Below, one piece after another: positions 46,334 through 55,855 of a DNA stretch of 64,000 nucleotides; within the stretch, counting starts at the first letter, position 1, and each line of letters begins with the position of its first letter. The stretch lies in NCBI GenBank assembly GCA_009840225.1, contig VXOE01000271.1, positions 6,606-70,605 on the forward strand, in the 5' to 3' direction. The position numbers and the translations under genes are program-made. The notes beneath the pieces are model-generated. The model did not search any database, was not told where the DNA came from, and saw only the letters and a program-made list of their open reading frames with translations. The stretch comes from Caldilineaceae bacterium SB0662_bin_25 (lineage in GTDB: Bacteria > Chloroflexota > Anaerolineae > Caldilineales > Caldilineaceae).

Positions 46334-49300
46334 CAGACAAACGCCTGATTGAAGTTGAATTTCCGCTTAAGCAGACCTCGCTCGACTCTGTGCACGAGAA
46401 AAACGTGCGGCATGGGCACATTTCCACGCTGCATATCTGGCCGGCGCGTAGGCCGCTGGCCGCTTCGCGGGCGGCGCTGATTGCGACGCTGCTGCCGGAC
46501 TCTGGCAACGCGGAGAAGCGCAAGGAGATTCTGGAGCGGATGGCCGGCCGTGTCGTGGAAAAGATCGAGCGGCGGCGGGTCAACGGGCGTCAAGTTGAGA
46601 AGGTGAAGGAGGAGACGGTCGGCGGCATTCTTCACTGGGGGCGGGAGAACGGGCCGGACCTGCAGTGGTTCCGCGATGAGATTCGTAAGGCCTACGGGGG
46701 CCGTGCACCCAAGGTTCTGGACCCGTTTGCAGGGGGCGGCGCGATCCCGCTTGAGGCGATGCGTTTGGGCTGCGAAGTTACGGCCATGGACATCAACCCG
46801 GTCGCCTGGTTCATCCTCAAGTGCACGCTTGAATATCCGCAAAAGCTGGCCGGGCAGACGCGGCCGCTGCCGGAGTTTGCGCTGCACGACGGCGAGTTCA
46901 TGGAGGCGTTTCTCAAGAGTAAGGAGTTCAAAGGCGCGTCACTGCGAACGATGCTGGAGCGGCTCGGGCATGGGAAGGGTGAGACGCAGTTAAATTACCT
47001 GAGCCAGGAGGATCCGATCCTCGAGGCCGATCTGGCGTGGCAGGTGCGGGCCTGGGGGCGATGGGTGCTGGCCAGGGCGCGCAAGGAGCTAGCATCCTAC
47101 TACCCGACCTACGCCGAATTCGTGCCGCTGGGGTCCGATAGCGAAGATGATGACCCGCCTCCTATACAGCTGTTGGAGGTCGATGCAGATGGTGTAGCGC
47201 AAATCGATCCGCTCAACGCCGAATATGACGATGACTACCTGCGCGACCCGCGAAACCCGCGCTGGATCGCCAAGCCGACGGTTGCCTACCTGTGGGCGCG
47301 TACTGTGATTTGCAAGCAGTGCCGCGCTACGTTGCCCCTGCTCAAGACACGCTGGCTGTGCAAGAAGGAGCGCAAGCGGGTGCTGCTGACGATGGAGCCG
47401 GACGCCGACGGAACCGGTGTCGTCTTTGGGGTGGAGCCGGATGTGCCGCGCGTCGGCGGCAACGCGGCGCAGCGCCGGGAGCATGACAGGCGCGCCGGCG
47501 CGGGCACAATGTCGCGTGCCGGCGCTACCTGTCCCTGCTGTGGCGTCATCATGACGATGGAGGATATCCGCCTGGAGGGGCGAGCGGGGCGGCTGGACGC
47601 GGTGATGACAGCGGTTGTGGTCAACGGACCAAAAGGAAAAGAGTACCGACTTCCGACCGAGAACGAGCGCACGGTGGCAGAGGTGTCAGAGCGCGAACTG
47701 CAAACGCTTTACGCTGACATTCCCTTCGGGCTGCCGGAAGAACCCACTCCCAAAGCCGGAAGCGGGGCGTCGCGAGCATTTTCTGTGGACGGCTATGGTT
47801 TTGACACGTGGCGCAAGCTGTTTACAAACCGGCAACTCCTGGCACTTGGCGAGTTCGTTAGTGCCTTGCGTGACATGCCGAAGGAACTCGACGGCTATCC
47901 CACCGATTGGGCAGAGTCTATTGTGGCCATGTGCGCCCCCATAATCAGCCGTATGGCAGACCGAGGAAGTACGCTGGCTACATGGACAAATAACCCCGAA
48001 AAAATAAGAAGCACCTTTGCGCGGTTTGCATTGCCGATTACATGGGACTTTTCGGAGTTTGCCCCGCTATCCGATACCACAGGAGGGTTTGTTCAATCGA
48101 TAGATTGGGTTTTTAAGGTCTGTGAACATCTGCAACAGAGCGTTGAAACGGCTAGCTGCGGGAATAGTATCTGCGAGTCAGCAGTGTCCTGCCCGGTCAA
48201 CGCCGTTGACCTGATTCTAACTGACCCTCCATACTACGATGCGATTCCATATTCCGACTTGATGGATTTTTTCTATGTCTGGCTGAAGCGTTCTCTTCAG
48301 GGGCTGTCTCCCGAAATTGAGCATACCTTTTCCAGAAGTCTCGGACCAAAGTGGGATCACAACTCTAATGATGGCGAGCTGATAGACGACGCCAGCCGGT
48401 TTGGTGGTGACAGAGAACGGTCGAAACAAAACTACGAAGATGGCATGGCACGCACTTTCCGTTCTTGTCATTCTGCGTTGAAGGGCGACGGTCTGCTTGT
48501 AATCGTTTTCGCAAACAAACAGCCGGATGCCTGGGAAACTTTGGTTGCTGCCCTGATTCGAGCCGGTTTTGTCGTTGACGGGTCGTGGCCAATACAAACA
48601 GAGATGGGGAACCGGAATCGAGCCATTGCTTCCGCCGCCCTGTCGTCGTCAGTATGGATAGTCTGCAGGAAGCGACCTCCCTCCCGCCCCGGCTGGGACA
48701 GCAGCGTGCTGCAGGAGATGCGGGAGAACATAACCCAGCAGTTGCGCGACTTTTGGGACGCCGGCATACGCGGGCCGGACTTCGTGTGGGCGGCGACGGG
48801 GCCGGCGCTGGAGGCGTTCAGCAAGTACCCGGCGGTCAAGAAGGCAAACGACCCTGACAAACTGATGAGCGTATCCGAGTTTCTGCGCGAGGTGCGGCGC
48901 ATGGTCGTCGACTTCGTGGTCGGCCGCGTGCTGTCCCAGGACGGCGAGGAGGTGGTGACGGGGCTGGACGACGTCACCACCTACTACCTGCTGCATCGCA
49001 ACGACTTCGGCATGGACGACGCGCCGGTCGGCGGCTGCATCCTCTACGCGCTCTCCTGCAACCTTTCCGACGCGGCGCTGGTGAACCAGCATGACTTGCT
49101 GGCGAAAGGCAAAAAGCGCGGCGCCGGCGAAGCGGTTGAGCAGGAGGGCAGCGAGGAGGAAGGCGGCGGGGGCGGCGCCAAGGTCAAGCTGAAGCCATGG
49201 AACCGGCGCACGGGACGCAATCTGGGAGTTGAAGGCCCGGGCGGGCGGCCTGTACCTCTGATAGACCAGGTGCACAAGCTGATGCAGCTCTGGCGCGGCG

Positions 49301-49500
49301 GCGACCAGGGCAAGGTGAACAGTTACATTGATGAACGCGGGCTGCAGCGCAACGCGCTGTTTGTGCAGATCCTGCAGGCCTTGATCGAGCTGGCTGATGC
49401 CGGCTCCGGGGAACGCTCGATCCTGGAGGCGCTCAGCAATCATGTTAAGAATCGAGAGCGTGTGAGGCCGACGCGCCAGGGCCAGTTTGTTTTAGAATAG
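46330..49500 (+). CDS. DUF1156-family DNA methyltransferase (amino-MTase with Zn-ribbon)
   Basis: DUF1156 N-terminus LIEVEFPLKQTSLDSVHEKNVRHGHISTLHIWPARRPLAASRAALIATLL. SAM motif I LDPFAGGGAIPLEAMRLG, Cys4 (CKQC...CPCC), motif IV LTDPPYYD. Confidence 0.9.
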   Translation: MTDKRLIEVEFPLKQTSLDSVHEKNVRHGHISTLHIWPARRPLAASRAALIATLLPDSGNAEKRKEILERMAGRVVEKIERRRVNGRQVEKVKEETVGGILHWGRENGPDLQWFRDEIRKAYGGRAPKVLDPFAGGGAIPLEAMRLGCEVTAMDINPVAWFILKCTLEYPQKLAGQTRPLPEFALHDGEFMEAFLKSKEFKGASLRTMLERLGHGKGETQLNYLSQEDPILEADLAWQVRAWGRWVLARARKELASYYPTYAEFVPLGSDSEDDDPPPIQLLEVDADGVAQIDPLNAEYDDDYLRDPRNPRWIAKPTVAYLWARTVICKQCRATLPLLKTRWLCKKERKRVLLTMEPDADGTGVVFGVEPDVPRVGGNAAQRREHDRRAGAGTMSRAGATCPCCGVIMTMEDIRLEGRAGRLDAVMTAVVVNGPKGKEYRLPTENERTVAEVSERELQTLYADIPFGLPEEPTPKAGSGASRAFSVDGYGFDTWRKLFTNRQLLALGEFVSALRDMPKELDGYPTDWAESIVAMCAPIISRMADRGSTLATWTNNPEKIRSTFARFALPITWDFSEFAPLSDTTGGFVQSIDWVFKVCEHLQQSVETASCGNSICESAVSCPVNAVDLILTDPPYYDAIPYSDLMDFFYVWLKRSLQGLSPEIEHTFSRSLGPKWDHNSNDGELIDDASRFGGDRERSKQNYEDGMARTFRSCHSALKGDGLLVIVFANKQPDAWETLVAALIRAGFVVDGSWPIQTEMGNRNRAIASAALSSSVWIVCRKRPPSRPGWDSSVLQEMRENITQQLRDFWDAGIRGPDFVWAATGPALEAFSKYPAVKKANDPDKLMSVSEFLREVRRMVVDFVVGRVLSQDGEEVVTGLDDVTTYYLLHRNDFGMDDAPVGGCILYALSCNLSDAALVNQHDLLAKGKKRGAGEAVEQEGSEEEGGGGGAKVKLKPWNRRTGRNLGVEGPGGRPVPLIDQVHKLMQLWRGGDQGKVNSYIDERGLQRNALFVQILQALIELADAGSGERSILEALSNHVKNRERVRPTRQGQFVLE

Positions 49501-49578
49501 ATCCGCCATTACTTCTGGGCGTTCACAGCAGACGGGATGTGGGCCCTGTCCTACCATGTAGCAAATAAGGACTGCAAG

Positions 49579-50859
49579 ATGGCCAAGATTCAGGGGTTCA
49601 GAGTAAGGAATTTCAAGGTGCTCAAGGATGTGACCCTGGGCCGCCTGTGGGATCAACGCGAAGGCCAGCCGCTCACTGATTTGACGGCGGTCATCGGCAA
49701 GAACGGGGTCGGCAAGAGTGCCCTGTTCGATGCGTTCGGTTTCCTGGCCGATGCTCTGAACTCCGGCGTGGAAGTGGCCTGCGATGCGCGCGGGCGCGGC
49801 GGCTTCGAGAGGATAAGGTCTCAAGGAGAAACCGGGCCAATCGAATTTGATGTCTATTACAAAGAGAATCGGAACGCCCGGCCGATTACCTACGAAGTTG
49901 CTATCGATGCGGACGGCTCCGGACGCCCCTACGTGGTGCGGGAACGGCTCAGGCAGAGACGAAAGGGGCAGAAATACGGTCGGCCGTTTTCGTTTCTGAT
50001 GATCAATGACGGCAAGGGATGGGCATGGAAAGGAGAAGAGGACGGGTATGAGATTGACGAAAGCAAGGAGTGGAGAGACATAAATGCATTGATCCTGTTT
50101 TTCGCGAGAGAGGAATCGAGCGAGACCGAGATCATTGAATTGGAGGACCGTCGCAGGCTCGGCATTGCCACGCTGGGCGCCTTGAAACAGCACCCGCGCA
50201 TTTCCGCTTTCCGCCGCTTCATAGAGGGATGGTATCTCAGCTACTTCACGCCGGACGCGGCGCGCAGCCTGCCGCTGGCCGGGCCCCAGCCGCATCTCAA
50301 CATCCACGGGGACAACCTCGGCAACGTCGTCCAGTTCATGGAGCGCGAGCATCCACAGCGCTTTGAGACGATTCTTGAGGGTATTGCCGGGAAGATACCC
50401 GGCATTGACCGGATCGATACCGAAAAGACAAGCGACGGGCGCCTGCTGCTCCGTTTCAACGACAGAGGCTTTGAAGACCCTTTCTATGCCCAGCAGATGT
50501 CGGACGGGACGCTGAAGGTCTTTGCTTATCTGTTACTGCTCGAGGACCCGACGCCGCCTCCGTTCCTTTGTATTGAAGAGCCTGAGAACGGTCTGTATCA
50601 CAAGCTGCTGGAGACGCTGGTCGACGAGTTTCGCGCGCACGCCAGCGGGCCCGGAGGTGGTTCGCAGATCTTCGTCACGACACATCAGCCTTATCTTGTG
50701 GACGCGCTCAACCCGGAGGAGGTCTGGATTCTGGAGAAGGGGACGGACGGTTTTTCGACGATCCGCCGGGCCAGCGACGATCCTCTCGTCAAGAACCTGG
50801 TTGCGGAGGGGTTGCCGCTGGGTGGCCTCTGGTACAGCGACTATCTTGACGCGAGGTGA
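49579..50859 (+). CDS. AAA_15/AAA_21-type ABC ATPase
   Basis: Walker A AVIGKNGVGKSALFDAF, QMSDGT, Walker B FLCIEEPENGLYH, H-loop FVTTHQPYL. Start chosen at MAKIQGF. Confidence 0.85.
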   Translation: MAKIQGFRVRNFKVLKDVTLGRLWDQREGQPLTDLTAVIGKNGVGKSALFDAFGFLADALNSGVEVACDARGRGGFERIRSQGETGPIEFDVYYKENRNARPITYEVAIDADGSGRPYVVRERLRQRRKGQKYGRPFSFLMINDGKGWAWKGEEDGYEIDESKEWRDINALILFFAREESSETEIIELEDRRRLGIATLGALKQHPRISAFRRFIEGWYLSYFTPDAARSLPLAGPQPHLNIHGDNLGNVVQFMEREHPQRFETILEGIAGKIPGIDRIDTEKTSDGRLLLRFNDRGFEDPFYAQQMSDGTLKVFAYLLLLEDPTPPPFLCIEEPENGLYHKLLETLVDEFRAHASGPGGGSQIFVTTHQPYLVDALNPEEVWILEKGTDGFSTIRRASDDPLVKNLVAEGLPLGGLWYSDYLDAR

Positions 50860-50863
50860 GCTG

Positions 50864-51514
50864 ATGCATTTTGAGATCCTCGTTGAAGACCAGTCCGGCA
50901 AGAGGGCGCTTGACGTTCTGATCCCGAAGATCATCGGCGCGCAGGATACATTCAAGGTGAGGGGCTACAAAGGAATTGGCCGCATTCCCAAAGACCTTAG
51001 ACCCAGGACCCAGGCCAATAGACGCATTTTGCTCGACCAGCTTCCCAAGTTGCTCAGGGGGTTTGGGCAGACATTCGTCAATTATCCCGCCAACTATCCG
51101 GCAGTGTTGTTTGTGGTCTGTGACCTGGATGACAAATGTCTGAAGAGATTTCGGCAGGAGCTTTTCTCAGTCCTCCATGCGTGCAATCCTAGACCGGACA
51201 CCCGCTTCTGTATTGCCATCGAAGAGGGCGAGGCCTGGCTGCTCGGTGACATACCCGCGATCAAGGCAGCGTATCCGCAGGCCAAGGATTCTGTTTTGAA
51301 CGGTTACGTCAATGATTCGATATGCGGTACATGGGAGGTCCTGGCGGACGCCGTGTTCCCGGGCGGCTCCAAGGCGCTGGCGGGAGGGGGATGGCAAGCG
51401 GTGGGCAGGGAGAAGTCGATATGGGCGACGAAAATCGCCCCGCTAATGGACGTGGAGAACAACGCATCCCCCAGTTTCCAGTACTTTCGGGGGAAGATGC
51501 GGGCGTTGATTTGA
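50864..51514 (+). CDS. DUF4276-like Toprim-type protein
   Basis: MHFEILVEDQSGKRALDVLIPKI (Toprim-like Glu) and VLFVVCDLDDKC (DxD). Starts 5 nt after the ATPase stop. Confidence 0.65.
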   Translation: MHFEILVEDQSGKRALDVLIPKIIGAQDTFKVRGYKGIGRIPKDLRPRTQANRRILLDQLPKLLRGFGQTFVNYPANYPAVLFVVCDLDDKCLKRFRQELFSVLHACNPRPDTRFCIAIEEGEAWLLGDIPAIKAAYPQAKDSVLNGYVNDSICGTWEVLADAVFPGGSKALAGGGWQAVGREKSIWATKIAPLMDVENNASPSFQYFRGKMRALI

Positions 51515-51557
51515 GAGTCGATGCTGAAACCATATTCCGGATAGCGACCGGCGAGAC

Positions 51558-51643
51558 AACTGCTTTTTTCCACGGAGGACACGGAGGGACACGGAGAACT
51601 GCTTTTTTGTCCGCGGAGGGACGCGGAGAGGCGCGGAGAACAC
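51558..51643. repeat. Tandem ACGGAG-rich intergenic repeat (2 units)
   Basis: aactgcttttttccacggaggacacggagggacacggagaactgcttttttgtccgcggagggacgcggagaggcgcggagaac. Related copies lie at 55183-55278. Confidence 0.6.
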
Positions 51644-51812
51644 CAAGGGCGTATCGATTTTTTTGTGCGCAGCCGTTCGCAGAGTAAGCGCACTTTGCCC
51701 GCGTAATTCGCTGTTCGGACAAAGGTCAATGAGGTCCGGACAAATCCCAGATGACGATGGGCCTGCCCCCCAGGCCGTTACAGAAGACTCAATTGCGTGC
51801 AAAGAGGACAAA

Positions 51813-54800
51813 ATGAGCAAGAAACGTACCTGGACACCCTGGCACGAGGTCGTAAGCCTGCGCGATGATCTGAAGAGCGGCGAGCTGTCGCTGGCCGTCT
51901 TCGCCGCCGACCTGTATGACGTGTTGCTGCAAAAAGGGCAGCGGAAAGTTTACGAGGACCCGGCCGAGTTCTTCGCCCTGACCTACCCGACGTTGAACCT
52001 GCGCGAGCTGGCGCGGGACGTGGCGATGCGCCTGGCGGGCCGCAGCGACAAGGCCTATCGCAAACTGTCGGTCACCTACGGCGGCGGCAAGACGCACACG
52101 TTGATCACCCTTCGCCACCTTGTCCACGCCCCTTCCGCGCTGCCGGACCTGCCGGCCGTGCGTGACTTCAAGGCGCATATCGACTTTCGGTTGCCGCACG
52201 CGCGGGTGGCCGCGCTCTGTTTCGACAAGATCGACTTGGAACTGGGCGTGGAGACGCCCGCGCCGGACGGGTCCACCAGGATGCTCAGGCATCCCTGGAG
52301 CGTTCTCGCTTACCAGCTGGCCGGAGCCGACGGGTTGCGCATGATCAGTGCCAGTGGAGAGGATGAGGAGCGAGACACGCCGCCGGCGGAACCCCTGCTC
52401 GTTGGGCTGTTATCGAAGCCGCAGGAGGAAGGACTTTCCACGCTTGTGCTCCTGGACGAAGCGTTGATGTATCTGCGGGTGCAGGTCGAGACCGATCAGT
52501 CGGCGCGCGGGCGCATGGTCGCCTTCTTTCAGTACCTGACGCAGGCGGTCGTCAAGGTGGGCCGCTGCGCGATGGTGGCCTCGTTGCTCGCTTCCGACCC
52601 GGGCAAGCATGATGAATTGGGGAATGAGATCCTGCGCCAGGTGTCTGAGGTCTTCGGGCGCCAGGAGGAGGAGGACGCCAGCCCGGTGAGCAGGGAGGAT
52701 GTGTCCGAGGTATTGCGGCGGCGCTTCTTCAAACCGGAGTCGATCAGTGACCCGGGTCGATTCAGTCCGCACGTTACATCGGTCGTGAACAGCCTGGCTG
52801 CGCTCGATCCACAGACGAAGAAGGAGCGTAAGGCGACCGAGGACAGATATCTCAGAAGCTATCCCTTTCACCCTGATCTCACCGAGATCTTCTACAGCCG
52901 CTGGACCCAGATGGATGGATTCCAGCGGACGCGCGGCATCCTGCGCACCTTTGCGATCGCGCTGCGGGACGCGGAGAAGTGGGATACCAACCCCCTGGTA
53001 GGGCCAAACGTTTTTCTGAGCAGACCGGGAGATGGGGAACTGGCCGAAGCGACCAGCGACCTGGCCGCCATCGCAACCTCCGAAGCAAGCGCCGGCGGCC
53101 ACCAGGCGTGGCGGCCGATCCTCGAAGGCGAACTGGACAAAGCGCGCACAGTTCAAGCCGACGCGAGCGGCCTGAACGGTCGAGAGTTAGAACAGGCGGT
53201 CATTTCGGTCTTTCTCAGCTCTCAACCGGTCGGACAGAAGGCGCAAACGCGGGCGTTGCTGCTGCTGCTGGGCACGGCGAGGCCTGACAAGATCGAGTTG
53301 GAGAAGGCGCTGGTGGGCTGGACCTATCTATCCTGGTTTCTGGATGAGGTGGAGATGGGCCCAACTCGAGGGGACGGCGTGGATGATTTGCCCAAGGCCT
53401 GGCGGCTGGGGAACCGTCCCAATTTGCGCCAGATGCACGACGACGCGTGCCGGAACCGGGTTCCGCCCCAGCTGGTCGAATCCCAGCTCGTCGAGGCGAT
53501 ACGCAAAGAGAGATCTCTGACGGGCGGCGCGGCCGCGGCGGGCGCGCGGGTGCATACACTGCCGCAGGCGCCCAGGGACGTGCAGGACGACGGCGAGTTT
53601 CATTTTGCCGTCCTCGGCCCTGGATCCGCTTCGGAATCCGGCAAGCCGAGCGCGGAGGCGATACGCTTCATCGAGGAGACGACTGCGGCGGACCGCCCGC
53701 GCGTCAATCGCAATGCAATTGTCCTTGCCGTTCCCTCCAAAGATGGACTTGAGAGCGCCCGAGATCGCATTCGGCACCACCTTGGCTGGCAGGAGGTCGG
53801 GACGCAGCTCAAGGACCAGCCAATTGATCCGATCCGTGAGCAGATGCTTGTCGCGGAGACGCGTGCGGCCGGCGAGCGCATTTCTGAGGGCATCAGGCAG
53901 GCCTATTCGATCGTTGTCACCGTCAACGAGGCCAATGAGGTGCACGCTTTCCGGATCGCGGCGACCGGCGACCCGCTCTTCACGACCATCAAAGCCGACC
54001 GGCGCGCCCGCATCCAGGAGACCGAGATCAGTGCGGAGGCGATGATGCCGAACGGCCCCTATGACCTGTGGCGCGAGGGCGAGCAGGAACGCCGGGTGAA
54101 GGACCTGGTCGGCGCATTCGCCCAGTTCGCCAAACTGCCGAAGATGCTGCGCCACAGAGAGATTCTGGGTACGATTGTCCAGGGAATCGAGAGCGGAATC
54201 TGGGTAGGGCGCACGATGCGGCCGGACCGGACGTACAAGAGCCACTGGCGTACACGGGTCGATGACAGCGTGTTGAAGGATACGAGTCTGGAGGTCTGTC
54301 TGCCGGAGTCGGCTACGCTCAGCGACCTTAATCCGAAGCTGCTTGCGTACGGTGTGCTCCCGGAGCTCTGGCAGGGCGATGAGATCAGCGTGCAGTCCGT
54401 GTATGACTATTTCGCGGGCGAACGTGCGGTGCAGGTGCCGAAGGATGGGTACGAGGATACGTTTTTCATTCCGGCGTGCGGGCCGGACCAGGTCAGTGAG
54501 GCAGTTTCGCAGGCGGTCGCACAGGGGTCGATCTGGATGACCAACGGGCCCGCTTCGATCCTGGGCGAGCCGATCCCCGCCGGGGTACTTACGCCGGCGG
54601 CCGTGCTGAGATCGCCGCCGGACCAGATTGGGGTGGGCGAGTTGATGGCTGAAGAGATTGCGGATGCATGGCAGGACGGAAAGAGCAATGCGCTGGCCAT
54701 CATGACCGCCATCTCGGCCAAGCGGGGAGTGAATCTGCCGTGGAGCGCGGTGCGATCCGCGATCGGGGAAGGGATTCGCGCGCAGTGGCTGGAGCTGTCT

Positions 54801-55136
54801 GAAGGGAGCGCCCCCCTGGATACGGATCTGTCGGGTGCTCAGGGTGTTCTGCTGCAGACGCCGGCGGCCAAGCCTGGCGGGGTCCGGGACGGCAGGGATG
54901 ATTACCGGGAGGGGGTGGTGACGGCCGAGGCGACGTTGGAGGGGTATGGGATACAGGACCTGGGAGAGTTGATTCCGGAGATTCTTGAAGCTGCGGCCGG
55001 GGATCCGATCGTGTTCAAGGTTCGGATTGAGTTTGGCGGTGAAAAGGAGCCTGACGGGGAGAAGGTGGAGAGGATAAACGGTTTGCTTTCTGAGGCGCTG
55101 GAGGAGTTGCGGTTGGGTGGGGGCGGGTTGCGGTGA
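51813..55136 (+). CDS. DUF499-family P-loop ATPase
   Basis: Characteristic N-terminus TPWHEVVSLRDDLKSGELSLAVFAADLYDV...YEDPAEFFALTYPT, P-loop YGGGKTHTLITLRHL, Walker B LVLLDEALMY. The 667-aa antisense ORF over it is a GC shadow. Confidence 0.85.
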   Translation: MSKKRTWTPWHEVVSLRDDLKSGELSLAVFAADLYDVLLQKGQRKVYEDPAEFFALTYPTLNLRELARDVAMRLAGRSDKAYRKLSVTYGGGKTHTLITLRHLVHAPSALPDLPAVRDFKAHIDFRLPHARVAALCFDKIDLELGVETPAPDGSTRMLRHPWSVLAYQLAGADGLRMISASGEDEERDTPPAEPLLVGLLSKPQEEGLSTLVLLDEALMYLRVQVETDQSARGRMVAFFQYLTQAVVKVGRCAMVASLLASDPGKHDELGNEILRQVSEVFGRQEEEDASPVSREDVSEVLRRRFFKPESISDPGRFSPHVTSVVNSLAALDPQTKKERKATEDRYLRSYPFHPDLTEIFYSRWTQMDGFQRTRGILRTFAIALRDAEKWDTNPLVGPNVFLSRPGDGELAEATSDLAAIATSEASAGGHQAWRPILEGELDKARTVQADASGLNGRELEQAVISVFLSSQPVGQKAQTRALLLLLGTARPDKIELEKALVGWTYLSWFLDEVEMGPTRGDGVDDLPKAWRLGNRPNLRQMHDDACRNRVPPQLVESQLVEAIRKERSLTGGAAAAGARVHTLPQAPRDVQDDGEFHFAVLGPGSASESGKPSAEAIRFIEETTAADRPRVNRNAIVLAVPSKDGLESARDRIRHHLGWQEVGTQLKDQPIDPIREQMLVAETRAAGERISEGIRQAYSIVVTVNEANEVHAFRIAATGDPLFTTIKADRRARIQETEISAEAMMPNGPYDLWREGEQERRVKDLVGAFAQFAKLPKMLRHREILGTIVQGIESGIWVGRTMRPDRTYKSHWRTRVDDSVLKDTSLEVCLPESATLSDLNPKLLAYGVLPELWQGDEISVQSVYDYFAGERAVQVPKDGYEDTFFIPACGPDQVSEAVSQAVAQGSIWMTNGPASILGEPIPAGVLTPAAVLRSPPDQIGVGELMAEEIADAWQDGKSNALAIMTAISAKRGVNLPWSAVRSAIGEGIRAQWLELSEGSAPLDTDLSGAQGVLLQTPAAKPGGVRDGRDDYREGVVTAEATLEGYGIQDLGELIPEILEAAAGDPIVFKVRIEFGGEKEPDGEKVERINGLLSEALEELRLGGGGLR

Positions 55137-55182
55137 GGGATGCTTGGAGGGTTGGTTATGCCGATGACGGGCAAGACCGATC

Positions 55183-55278
55183 GATCCACGAAGGGGCGCG
55201 GAGAACTGCTTTTGATCCACGGAGGGACACGGAGAACGGCTTAACTGCTTTTGATCCGCGAAGAGGCGCGAAGGAACG
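55183..55278. repeat. Tandem ACGGAG-rich intergenic repeat (2 units)
   Basis: gatccacgaaggggcgcggagaactgcttttgatccacggagggacacggagaacggcttaactgcttttgatccgcgaagaggcgcgaaggaac. Same orientation as 51558-51643. Confidence 0.6.
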
Positions 55279-55483
55279 GGGAAAGCGTCTTTTCTGTTTT
55301 GGCAGGGTCGATTAGAGTCCGTATTTGTCACATTTTGAATGGCTTTCGCCCAATGTCAACGAACCTTAATATGTCAACCAGACAGTCGATGGATCGAAGG
55401 AATCCGGCCGGTGCTGGCCAGCCTGCTCTTGCACGCTACGCACACCGATACCCAGCCGCGGCCCGACTAGGTCGGCGAATCAT

Positions 55484-55645
55484 GGCTTTTCCTTTTTTGA
55501 CGCATTGGAGACCAGCGACAAAGCGGCGAAGTTTCTGTGGGAGATCGCTCGTGAGCTTGTTGATGCCGTTCGGCGGAGTGTCACGATTGATTGGGCGCAC
55601 CAAGAGAGCGTGCGAGTCTTCCTTCGGTCTGGATTTGTAGACGAC
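55484..55645 (+). pseudogene. C-terminal remnant of a type I restriction R subunit (HsdR, DUF3387-like)
   Basis: [48 protein letters not shown] matches the conserved HsdR C-terminal pattern (LAFYDAL...iA.eLv..vr....iDW..re.vrA.lR), from memory. No upstream helicase part is present. Confidence 0.45.
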
Positions 55646-55855
55646 GTTGACCGCACGATCGGGCGTGAAAATGGAATGAACTCAAACGAAGTGAGGCGGT
55701 TGATGTGGTCGAATCTCCGTCTGTTGGTTACGACTACCGAATGTTCTGAAGTGTTTCCGCATGCAGCAAGAGTTATCCTTGCCGCCACCTCTTGATATAC
55801 AACACCTTGTGGTGTCTATGGTGGGTCCCTGTAACCAGACCAACGGCAGGGAGGG

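Noticed and set aside
53328-55331. 667-aa minus-strand ORF
   Set aside because: Lies antisense to the DUF499 gene, is extremely Arg/Pro/Leu-rich and has no motifs. It is a shadow ORF of a high-GC coding region. The same applies to 36030-36890, 38163-39122, 48649-49443, 49492-50352 and 52410-53156.
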